Below, one piece after another: positions 1 through 8,200 of a stretch of DNA of 20,000 bases. The position numbers were made by a program, and so were the translations under genes. The stretch comes from Limisphaerales bacterium. Lineage in GTDB: Bacteria > Verrucomicrobiota > Verrucomicrobiia > Limisphaerales > SIBE01. Below the pieces are notes generated by a model. That model was not told the origin of the DNA. It worked only from the letters and a program-made list of their open reading frames with translations, and made no database searches. The DNA lies in assembly GCA_044225505.1 (NCBI GenBank), contig JBGAIN010000004.1:134572-154571 (forward strand). The letters run 5' to 3'. Position 1 is the stretch's first letter, and the number at the start of each line of letters is the position of its first letter.

Positions 1-2
1 AG

Positions 3-995
3 TAAGGAGGTATCATCGTTCGCAAACGCGATTTGACCGCCAACCGGCACGTCGTCTCCAGTGCCGATTTGCCCATCGGGTCCGGCACTCGCAAGGCGCA
101 GGCTACCATTCGCGACGCTCGACCGGAGCAAGGGTTCGCTAAAACGGACGCTGACCTGGCTAAGTTGGCTCGCGAGCACTTTTACATTGGAGGATGGAGT
201 CGTCTCGACTACCGCCGGCGGGACGGTTTCCTTAGTGACCAGGAACACGAGCGGATTGCTCCAGGTCGCGTTGCCCACAACATCGGTCGCGCGCGCCCGA
301 ATTTCGACCTGGGTTTTCCCGGAGGTGAAGGAAGGTGCGGTCAGCAGCGCGTCAAACGGCGCACCGCCGTCGACCGTAACCAGCTGGCCATCCACGAAGA
401 ATTCGACCTCGCGCACGAGTTGATTGTCCACGGCATCGGCAAGAACAAGAAAGAGGCGGTCATTCTCGACCGAGAGCGGGACCTTCGAACCGGGCTGGGC
501 ACGCAGAGTGATACTCGGTGCAATTGTTTCGGCCACTGGCGATATAAACTGGATAACCGACAAACCGGCCGCCGCATCCGCGACCAGCGCCACTCCCCGA
601 TGAACCGCAATTGCTTCAGCATCCCCTCCAGGCGTGATCACCGCCGTCACGAATCGGTCTGTGCGCGTGGGATCGCTGACATCGAGCAAGTTGAGTAACT
701 TGTCAGACAGTAGATTGACCGAACCACCGGAAAAAAGGAGTTTGCCCGACCCTGCGGGAGCACTGCTGATGGCGGTGATGGGAGATGGCCCGCCGATCCA
801 CGTCAACGTGCTGCCAGCATCGCGCAAAACCGCAACCCCCGGAACGGCGTTCGTGTCGATTGGCGTTACGTAAATCAGCCCCTCCGCAACGGCGAGCTCC
901 ATCCCGACAGGGGCGCCGAATCCCACGTCGATGATATAACTTGCGAGCGACTCACCCAGTGACGCGCTCAAATCCAGCTTGTGAACGGTGAGCAA
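3..995 (-). CDS. Copy B fragment: end of LVIVD-like propeller plus Ig-like domains (absent from the ORF track because it runs off the edge)
   Basis: Manual translation from 995 is open to the edge: LLTVHKLDLS...LLDVSDPTRTDRFVT...HRGVALVADAAAGLSVIQF...DNQLVREVEFFVDG...RARATDVVGNATWS...SAGPDGQIGTGDD, matching copy A (DDVQVRDVEFYIDG, RAKATDTGGNSTWS, EAGADGKLGTADD). Confidence 0.85.
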   Translation of the reverse strand, partial: MLTVHKLDLSASLGESLASYIIDVGFGAPVGMELAVAEGLIYVTPIDTNAVPGVAVLRDAGSTLTWIGGPSPITAISSAPAGSGKLLFSGGSVNLLSDKLLNLLDVSDPTRTDRFVTAVITPGGDAEAIAVHRGVALVADAAAGLSVIQFISPVAETIAPSITLRAQPGSKVPLSVENDRLFLVLADAVDNQLVREVEFFVDGQLVTVDGGAPFDALLTAPSFTSGKTQVEIRARATDVVGNATWSNPLVFLVTKETVPPAVVETTPSSNVKVLASQLSQVSVRFSEPLLRSSVANGSLRLASAGPDGQIGTGDDVPVGGQIAFANDDTSL

Positions 996-1926
996 GACCG
1001 TTACAAATCAGATAAACAAAGCCTTCCGCGACAACCACGTGGTCAATCGCGCCTCCCGAATAAGAGCGCGAGCTCACGACTGCTCCGGTCTTCAAATCCA
1101 CCAGGAACAGGCTGCCTGATCCCACCCAGGCGTAGTCACCGGAAGCAGCGAGCGTGACGGGAATGATCTTTACCCGCACTTCTCGTAATCCAATTTGGCC
1201 GGCGGGCGAGGAGAGATCCAGAATCGTGAAGATCCTCCCGCCTGCGCTTGCAAAAACTCCCCAGCGGTGCGTCAGTGCGACCAAAGGCCGCTGCGCGGTC
1301 GGAAAAGCTTGATTGCCGATGCGCAACGGATGATCCGGCTGTCGAACATCAAACCAGCTCACCCCCTCGGTGCTTCCGGACCGGACCAAAGCCAAATCGC
1401 CATCGACCGAGATGGCACGCGCCCGTCCCAGCGTCGGAACCGTGGCGACCGCACCGACGGCGGCAGGTTGTCCATCCAGAGGGTTGGAGTTGGCGACGAG
1501 TTCCAAACGGTCGCTAATGCCGTCACCGTCGGTATCCGCTAAATCCGCGGAAGTGCCCACGATATGCTCTTCCATATCGGAAAGACCGTCACCGTCCGAG
1601 TCACCGGCCACTGCGATGAGTCCCGCATGGAGAATTGCACTCGGGATAAACGTCTCCACGCCGTTGTTCGCGGACCGGAAAATGGCGGCACCAGCGCGGC
1701 TAAGCTCTGGATCGTAGTAGCTGACCAAGTAGTATTCGTCGGGGGCGAGAATCAGATTCTCGATCTGTCCTTGGGCATTGAGTCGGCCGCGCTGCTCAAA
1801 GCCCGTTTGCAGCGAACCGATGCGGAACCAATCGCCCGGTCGTGGCCAGACAATGCCAGAGTTGGTATAGCTTAATTCCAACTCGGTTAACGTGGCCGCC
1901 TGCCCAAAGCTCGCCAGGGGATCCAA
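952..1926 (-). CDS. Copy B fragment: Ca-binding DxDxDG repeats and start of LVIVD-like beta-propeller
   Basis: DSDGDGLSDMEEHIVGTSADLADTDGDGISDRLELVANSNPLDG, then repeats such as GVSWFDVRQPDHP and FTILDLSSP; homologous to copy A at about 8400-9240. The last ~14 codons are out of frame. Confidence 0.8.
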   Translation of the reverse strand: MDPLASFGQAATLTELELSYTNSGIVWPRPGDWFRIGSLQTGFEQRGRLNAQGQIENLILAPDEYYLVSYYDPELSRAGAAIFRSANNGVETFIPSAILHAGLIAVAGDSDGDGLSDMEEHIVGTSADLADTDGDGISDRLELVANSNPLDGQPAAVGAVATVPTLGRARAISVDGDLALVRSGSTEGVSWFDVRQPDHPLRIGNQAFPTAQRPLVALTHRWGVFASAGGRIFTILDLSSPAGQIGLREVRVKIIPVTLAASGDYAWVGSGSLFLVDLKTGAVVSSRSYSGGAIDHVVVAEGFVYLICNGLAHRSQAGFERVTG

Positions 1927-2111
1927 GCCGAGCCTGGCGAATCGAGATTCTTGGCTCCGCAGACCTGCTGACCGTCAACCGCCGCAAGGACCGCCCAGAG
2001 CTTGGCGACATTCCATCAGATCTTTGAGCTTGTCATCGCATTCCTCCAACTTCTCCTGCTTATCCTGATTCCATTTCTTGAGTTCGGCGGGGTCTGTTGG
2101 GGGCGTGCCTT

Positions 2112-2618
2112 TCAAATAGCGTTCGCAATACCCATCCCAGCACGCAACATAGTTTGGTCCTTTGAGGTCACAAGGGTCGTCGCAGGGCGGATCAGGCAGG
2201 CGCGGATATGGCGCGGGCTCCCTCCACCATTCCGGGGTCCGCTTACTGCTTCCAGGTAACTCACGCCGTCCGGTTGACGCACGCCCACTCCCAGATCGCT
2301 CACGGCAAAGTTTCCATCAGCACTGATCGTCGCCGAACCTTGGATTTCCCAACGCCCCGTATCGTGACTAAAGCTCCAGAGCGCCGTCTTGGCGCCAGGG
2401 GAAGGTTTCAATCCGGTGACAGGATCGGGCAGGTTCGGAAATCGGACAGGGACAGGCACATCGAAGTTGGAGGCGCCGTCCGTCTGAATCGTAATCACAA
2501 GCGGAAAATTCAAGCCAGGCGGCAAGGGTCCTGGCAACCGATCGGCCGGGACCGGCGCAATGCCCACCTTGCCCCACGCGCGCCGTTGTCGCCGAAGAGC
2601 AGTTCGGTGGAACAACAA
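2112..2618 (-). CDS. Copy B fragment: conserved scaffold domain (only about 2275-2570 is the true reading)
   Basis: KVGIAPVPADRLPGPLPPGLNFPLVITIQTDGASNFDVPVPVRFPNLPDPVTGLK...WSFSHDTGRWEIQGS nearly matches copy A MVGMAPVPPDRLPEPLPPGLSLPLVITIQTDGARNFDTPVPVKFPNLPDPVTGIK...WSFNHDTGRWEIQGS. Confidence 0.75.
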   Translation of the reverse strand: MLFHRTALRRQRRAWGKVGIAPVPADRLPGPLPPGLNFPLVITIQTDGASNFDVPVPVRFPNLPDPVTGLKPSPGAKTALWSFSHDTGRWEIQGSATISADGNFAVSDLGVGVRQPDGVSYLEAVSGPRNGGGSPRHIRACLIRPATTLVTSKDQTMLRAGMGIANAI

Positions 2619-3345
2619 TTTCCACGCCGCTCATCGCCGGATTCGTGGAGAGGACCGAGGGCAAAGTGATCTCGGTCCCGGCCGTGGCGCTCACGTTTGA
2701 AGCGCATCCGCTTGAATGAGCGGCAGAAAAATCTCACCCGTCCCGCCGGCCAGGTTGTTCGTTCGGCCCGCGACGGCCTCCCAAGCCTTGCCCACGAACG
2801 GATAGTACGCGCCGCCCGGCCAGTGACTGCGCAGGATGCCCGTCTATGTGGACGAAGAAAGTTCCCGCCGGTGCCGGCGAGAGACGAAAGAAACCGTTGG
2901 CATCCGTCGTCGTCCGGAGGGTTTCTTCGGCGCCGTCCACCGTGATCGTGGCGTTGACCAGGGGGGCATTGGTCCCACTCGCCTTTTCAGAGGCGAAAAC
3001 GTGCCCCGTCACCGCTGTCCCTTCCAGGCCAACCACACCAGGCGTATCGAAGGCTGAGCTCGAAAACGCCTCCCGACAACCATCGCCGTCCGCATCGACT
3101 CCCAGACCCGTCCCGTCCAGCGTCACGCGAACACGCGCGCTTCCGGGCAGGTTCTCCAAGTAAAAGAGCGTGAGCGTCTGACGATCGCTGGAAAGTTCTG
3201 CCCGCGAGAGGAGGCGTCGTCCGCTGAATTCAGCAAAAAGGTCCGCGCTGGTCACCACGACATCTGGATTCAGCGGAGCCGAAAGGCGAAAAACTGTCTC
3301 CCGAGTGACCGCGACGGTGGATTCGCCGTCGAAAGGTGACGTGCT
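2275..3345. repeat. Diverged direct repeat (paralogous coding DNA), copy 1; partner at about 10315-11420
   Basis: Shared stretches visible by eye, e.g. tccgcttgaatgagcggcag (about 2707 and 10758) and ggatagtacgcgccgcccggcca (about 2800 and 10851). Confidence 0.85.
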
Positions 3346-3648
3346 CGCAATCGTCGCGGCCGCAGCAACGCTGTTCCGCAGCCGATAAAAGCGGGTTTCC
3401 GCCGCGGGTTGGAGATTGATAAACCACGAACCACCCGCGGATTGAGGCGTTTCCGCGACAGGGCGCCAGTTCGAGAGTGATCCCAACTGTTCGCTCTGCT
3501 CCAAGGTAAGTTCCGATGCATCTCCGGACCATGTCAGCTGAATAGATCGAGACGGAAGTTGTTGAATGCCCAGGAAAGGCGCAGCTGCCCAAAGGGTAGA
3601 GGAATAAAGTTGGAAGAGTCCGAGAACTGCCGCGCTAATTACCTTCAT
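2734..3648 (-). CDS. Copy B N-terminal fragment: signal peptide, FYRL module, Ig-like (Big_5/SbsA-like) and carboxypeptidase-regulatory-like domains
   Basis: MKVISAAVLGLFQLYSSTLWA signal peptide; IQLTW...LEQSEQL...W...TRFYRLR; VTGHVFASEK...NATITVDG..TTTDANGFFRL. The frame is lost after about 2828. Confidence 0.85.
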   Translation of the reverse strand: MKVISAAVLGLFQLYSSTLWAAAPFLGIQQLPSRSIQLTWSGDASELTLEQSEQLGSLSNWRPVAETPQSAGGSWFINLQPAAETRFYRLRNSVAAAATIASTSPFDGESTVAVTRETVFRLSAPLNPDVVVTSADLFAEFSGRRLLSRAELSSDRQTLTLFYLENLPGSARVRVTLDGTGLGVDADGDGCREAFSSSAFDTPGVVGLEGTAVTGHVFASEKASGTNAPLVNATITVDGAEETLRTTTDANGFFRLSPAPAGTFFVHIDGHPAQSLAGRRVLSVRGQGLGGRRGPNEQPGRRDG

Positions 3649-3656
3649 GCAAATCC

Positions 3657-3685
3657 ATACTGACCGGCTCCCGTGGTGGCGTCGA
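3657..3685 (-). promoter_or_regulatory. Possible sigma70-type promoter for copy B, giving a near-leaderless transcript
   Basis: TCGACG-N17-CAGTAT on the minus strand, ending 8 nt before the ATG at 3648; no Shine-Dalgarno sequence is evident. Confidence 0.25.
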
Positions 3686-3782
3686 GGGAAGAAGCGGCCG
3701 ATTTAACAGCCCAAACGGCCGCGATCACGTGTGCCCCCCTGGCGTCATTGCCGACGACTCCAGAGTGAGGGCAGCGCTACGC

Positions 3783-4250
3783 TCACTCCGCGAAACGATA
3801 GGCAGTGTTGAATTGCAGCTCCCTATTTTCTGCCTTGAGCCGCAGAACTACCGTGCCCCGCTTCGTATCGACCGGTGTGGCTTTCCCTTGGATCGGACGA
3901 GTCTTGCCGCTGCCATTGGTGGTCGCCAGACCTGTAAAGTCAACCGCCACGCCGCTCGCGAGCCGATCCAGGGTCTCGTCGGAGACCTCGATGGTCAGCC
4001 GACCTTTTTCGCTTTTGAAGAAATACGGGGAAACATCGAACTGATAGTTACCGGTGTAGGTGTGCCACTGACGCACGAGCACGCTGGTGGTCAGCTTCGC
4101 TCTGCCTCCCTGGACTTTGGTCGAGCTGGGATCGAGCAGCACATCGCTGGCTTTGGCTTTTGCCAAGGTCACAGGGGGCAAAACCTGAGCACTGGCCCAA
4201 TGGATGGCAACGAGCGTCAACGGGCCTAGCGTTGAGAGTTTCAGGCTCAT
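3783..4250 (-). CDS. Hypothetical secreted beta-rich protein (155 aa)
   Basis: ATG start, signal-peptide-like N-terminus ending in ASA-Q, alternating beta-strand pattern (YTGNYQFDVSPYFFK, LQFNTAYRF); same strand as both neighbours and fills the gap between them. Confidence 0.85.
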   Translation of the reverse strand: MSLKLSTLGPLTLVAIHWASAQVLPPVTLAKAKASDVLLDPSSTKVQGGRAKLTTSVLVRQWHTYTGNYQFDVSPYFFKSEKGRLTIEVSDETLDRLASGVAVDFTGLATTNGSGKTRPIQGKATPVDTKRGTVVLRLKAENRELQFNTAYRFAE

Positions 4251-4263
4251 GATTCGTATCTCG

Positions 4264-4291
4264 AGACGCTGCAGTTTTTTTGAATATTTCC
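4264..4291 (-). promoter_or_regulatory. Candidate ECF-sigma promoter GGAAAT-N17-CGTCT upstream of 4250
   Basis: Minus strand reads GGAAAT attcaaaaaaactgcag CGTCT, ending 13 nt before the ATG. It resembles the general ECF consensus (GGAA at -35, CGT/GTC at -10, A-tract in the spacer). Confidence 0.4.
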
Positions 4292-4499
4292 GACGACAGC
4301 CAATCGCCAGACCTCAACAGTATGAGACCGTTTGGAGAACCTGTCTATAGGGTAAAACCCGTTTCCGAAGATTTTGTGTCTCCAAACGCCGAGGCCCGTT
4401 CAAGGCGCGGCGAATTTCGGCGGGGTTTGAGCTGTGGAACCTTTTGCCCACGTCCTCAACGCTCCGACAAGGCAACAGAAGGTTTCTCCGTTTCTGCCA

Positions 4500-5201
4500 T
4501 CACCAACCTACGGCGAAGCCACGACACGCAACTTGACCGCGGTAGCGCATACACGCTTCGAACCGTTTGCCGCCGCCCAAATCCGCGCCTTCCACCGTGG
4601 TAAAACGCGGGGCGGCGCTGTTGATCCGAGTCCCCAGGAGAATGGTAAATCCCTGGCCCAGTTCGGGGAGGAAATTATTCCGAAGGCTCAGGCGCAAAGT
4701 GCCGACCAAATACAATGCGCCCTCGGAAAAGACCTGGTCGTGCTCGCTTCCCGCTTGTAACCCGCCAATCTCGATCTCCAGGACACCGTTGGTCGTCTGT
4801 TCAAACCGACCACTGAACGTAGTCGTGCGGTAGACGCCCAGAGGCGCCCCCGGCCGTAGAATCGCGTTGTTGATGAACAATGAGCTGAGATTGGTGCCAG
4901 CCCCGCTGAGAATCCCGGAGTTGTGTTCGCGTAACGTTACGTTCCCGCCCGCCAACTGAAGCTCACCGGTGGAAGTCTGCACCAGGCCGGAGCTGAATAC
5001 CAAAACCCCTCCACGGACCGAGAGAAGTCCCGAGTTCGTCACGGCGAGGTTCGAGAACTGCAGGTTTCCCGAGCTATCTTTGATGAAGGTCCCCTGATTG
5101 ATGAAAGGGCTCAGATTGACTCCGCCGCTCCTCATGGTCAGCGTGGCTCCAGGTAGGTTGACCATCCGTCCGGTCGACGCACGGTTGAATTCTCCCGTCA
5201 A
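4500..5201 (-). CDS. C-terminal continuation of copy A (beta-helix/passenger-like repeats); likely true stop is TAG at 4508-4510
   Basis: Repeat style continues from the upstream ORF (FINQGTFIK, VTNSGLLSVRGGVL, GVLEIEIGG...DQV...LVGTLRLSL...GQGFTIL). It overlaps the upstream stop as TTGA. Repairing two more indels near 4553 and 4544 gives the end ...KRFE-VYA-TAVKLRVVASP*. Confidence 0.8.
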   Translation of the reverse strand: MTGEFNRASTGRMVNLPGATLTMRSGGVNLSPFINQGTFIKDSSGNLQFSNLAVTNSGLLSVRGGVLVFSSGLVQTSTGELQLAGGNVTLREHNSGILSGAGTNLSSLFINNAILRPGAPLGVYRTTTFSGRFEQTTNGVLEIEIGGLQAGSEHDQVFSEGALYLVGTLRLSLRNNFLPELGQGFTILLGTRINSAAPRFTTVEGADLGGGKRFEACMRYRGQVACRGFAVGW

Positions 5202-8200
5202 AGACCGAGCATGGTCAATTGGCCGGCGTTTTCCAGAGTGGCGCCGTTCCTCACCCCGGCGCCGCCCATGACTTGCGCGCCATGCAAACGGAGTGTGCCT
5301 TCGCTAATTCCCGTCGAGACATTTGTCGAAGTGATCAACTGTTCCGTGACTTCCACGCGCCCTTGAGCCCGAAATTGGACGCTGCCACTAAAGTTCTTCA
5401 GTTCCAGCTCCCGCAAGACGTGATCCCCGTCAAAAAGTGGAGTTTGTCTGTCAAGAATGGCGCGCCGGATATCCAGGCGCCCCCGAACGGTAATATCATT
5501 GAGCAAAACCTGCCCTTCTCCCGTAACGAGGCCATTGGTTTCCAAAATACCGCCATCAATTCCAAGCGTTGCGCCCGCCGCCACTTCGAACTGACCGCGC
5601 TGCGGAGAATAGTAAAACGTCGTCTCGCCCGAGCGAATCTCCACTCGCCCCTCGTTGGCGAGTTGAAACTGGCTGTCGCGAGCACCCTGAACAACGATCC
5701 GCCCATAGTTCGTTCCGACGGGGGACGTCCGCTGACCGGCATTGATAAAGTTCCCACTCACGATGCCAGCCCCATCGAGCGCATCGATCACACCGCCGGT
5801 CTCGTTGACAAAGAGCGACTCATCGTAACAGCTCACCCGCGCGTTGGTGATTTGCAGCGTGCCAAAGTTCCGGACGTGGACGGTGTCGTAAAGGTTCCAG
5901 GAAGCAACGCCTCCCCCCACCGCCGGTGGCCGATATTGAGTCGTGCCGAGCAGCTTAAGTTCTCCGGAGCCTTCTGCCCGCTCGATCTTCATGCTGGCGA
6001 AATCGCTAACGGTGAGGGTATCGCCCAGACGTAGCCGGGACCAGGGCGATTGAATATTCAGCCGCTTGATCGTAAGCGGCGCCGCGACATGGAGAGTGCC
6101 GCCGTACATGACGATGCCGTTCGTCCCGAAGTCCTGATTTTCGCCTCCTAACGCCAATGTATCTGACGATGAATTGTTGGTATAGGCCAACCCGTTTTGC
6201 AGTCGGACATTACCCAGCAACGCGCCACTCACGTAACGCAGCATCAACCCATAGACCTCCAGACTGCCGCTAGACGTATTGCGAAAAATGCCACTCTCCA
6301 TTTCGAGCTGAGAATTCGGCAGACGGACGAGCCCGTTGTTCTCGAAATCGAGGGTCTGCAACCGCCAGGCGCGTCCATCGGGCAGCCCTTCAATCAAGCC
6401 CTGATTGATGAGGCGGGAACTGGTTCCATCGCTGCCTCTCGTTCCGGCAATCCGATCTCGCTCAATGAAGGCCGGAGTGGTTGGAGTCAACCGAATCACG
6501 CCGCTCGCCAGATTCTCAATCGTCGCCGTATTGTTCTCTAGCAGCCACACGCCCGAGGTGACGTCGATATGCCCGGAATTCCGGAGGGTGCCCCGCTCCA
6601 GACTTGCGGCATTGGGTCCAAAGGTATTGCCCGTGCTGGGACTTCCTGTCCCGCCTCCGGTAACGAGCGCGTCCCCACGCAAGTCGATCAGACCGCCCGC
6701 CAAGGTGGAAGCGGCGTTCCAACGCAGTGGCCCGAGCAACTCCGCGGTGTCAGTCACGTAGAGCCGGCGTCCGTTGAGCAGAATCTCCTCGGTCGCCCGC
6801 AAGGTGGTCAAGGTTGGATTGGAGTTCAGAGTGACGCTGACATTGGTGTCGGGACGGTCAATCACCGCGTGGTCGTTGAAGATGGGGGCGAGACCGCCCA
6901 GCCAGTTCCGCCCGGATTCCCACGTGCCACTGGCATTCGTCGACCACAGTGTCAGTGCCTTGACGATGAAATCAGCGGTTAGATTGGTTTGCACGGACGA
7001 GCCAAAAACATCGCGAATCTCAGGGGTGAGCACAATCCGCCACGCCCCATTGGCGATCGGTTGGGTAAATTCCAGCACCGCGCCTCGCCCATTGGCGGAT
7101 AGGGAAGTGCTGCCCCCGGAAAGAACGGTCGGGTTGACCAGATTCGTGCTGAGCACGCGCAACGATGCGGAGGTCACAGACGATGCGGAAAGACGCTCAT
7201 CAAATCGCACTTCCACGCGCCGCAGCGTGTCAGTCACCCAAACGGATTGGTTCGATGGCAACGCTTCGACTGGCTTCGGCGTGGGAATCGAGAAGTCCCA
7301 AGTCACATTCGTTCCCAAAGGATTGCCCGCTAGATCTGCCGCGCTGGCCGCGACCTGGGAGCGGTACTTGCCCGAACGCAACGGCGCGGTGTAGCGCAGA
7401 AGCACGGTGAGTTGTTCGGTATCGTAGGCCACTTCCCCACCGGATACAGGCGCGTCGTCCGCCGTGCCGAGTTTGCCATCGGCACCGGCTTCCGTCAGCG
7501 CCCATCCCGTCGAGAGATTCGAGAGTCGCATCACCGAATCAAACGTGGCAGTGAGAGATGAAATCGAACCGCGCGGCGGAACGCTGTTGTGGACAGGAGT
7601 GATCGAAAGTAATCGCGGAGGGGTTAAGTCCGGCAGAAGCGTGAGTGTGATCTCCTCTGACCAGGTGCTATTCCCGCCAGTGTCCGTAGCTTTCGCACGG
7701 ATCACGAAGCTGGATTGGTCATCCGTCTTCTGGGGGGCCCGCAGCGTGGCGGCAAAGGGATACTTGCCACTGCGGGCCACGGAGGCGCCGTCGATGTAAA
7801 ACTCCACGTCCCGCACCTGCACATCATCGCTCGTCGTGGTGCTCACGAAAAACTGTTCCGTGGCTTCCTGGCCACCTGGCGGATGCGAAGGAAAAGCCCG
7901 CAAGTTAATCGTGGGCGGGGTTGTCCCGCGATCTGGCGCGAGGAAATTCACCACTCCGAAACCTGCCTCGCTAACCGCAGCCAGTGCATAACCGCGATGA
8001 AGATTCAGGTCACGTGGCAGCTTCGGCAGCGCAAAGGAAGTAACGAAGTTCGTCGCCTGGTCGGATCGCACATCGTAGACCTCCACATTCAACGTTTGCC
8101 CGCCGAGCAGTAGGCCCGTGCCGGAAAGCGCCAACGCACGCATCGGCAGGGCCGTATTGGTGTTGGCGTGAAGTAGAACGGGCGAGGCTGGATTTGCGAC

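Larger units (their letters stand above)
1..3648 (-). pseudogene. Giant exported multidomain protein, copy B (paralogue of 5198-11746); broken by multiple frameshifts and one in-frame TGA; continues past the left edge
   Basis: Successive minus-strand frames align collinearly with copy A: TSPFDGESTVAVTRETVFRLS, HVFASEK, WPGGAYYPFVGKAW, FLPLIQADAL, LVITIQTDGA, GVGVRQP, DSDGDGLSD..DTDGDGISD, VREVEFFVDG, AGPDGQIGTGDD. Frame switches are needed near 3075/3050 (compensating), 2828, 2695, 2600-2570, 2270 and 996; an in-frame TGA lies at 1975-1977. It may be intact in vivo if these are sequencing errors. Confidence 0.85.

Noticed and set aside
4326..4390. IS element defined by the 10-bp inverted repeat
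   Set aside because: Only 60 bp long with no transposase and no clear target-site duplication; kept only as an unexplained structure.
5198..5201. TTGA overlap as translational coupling of two separate genes
   Set aside because: The downstream ORF has no signal peptide or SD, continues the same repeat pattern mid-unit, and is joined by restoring one base.
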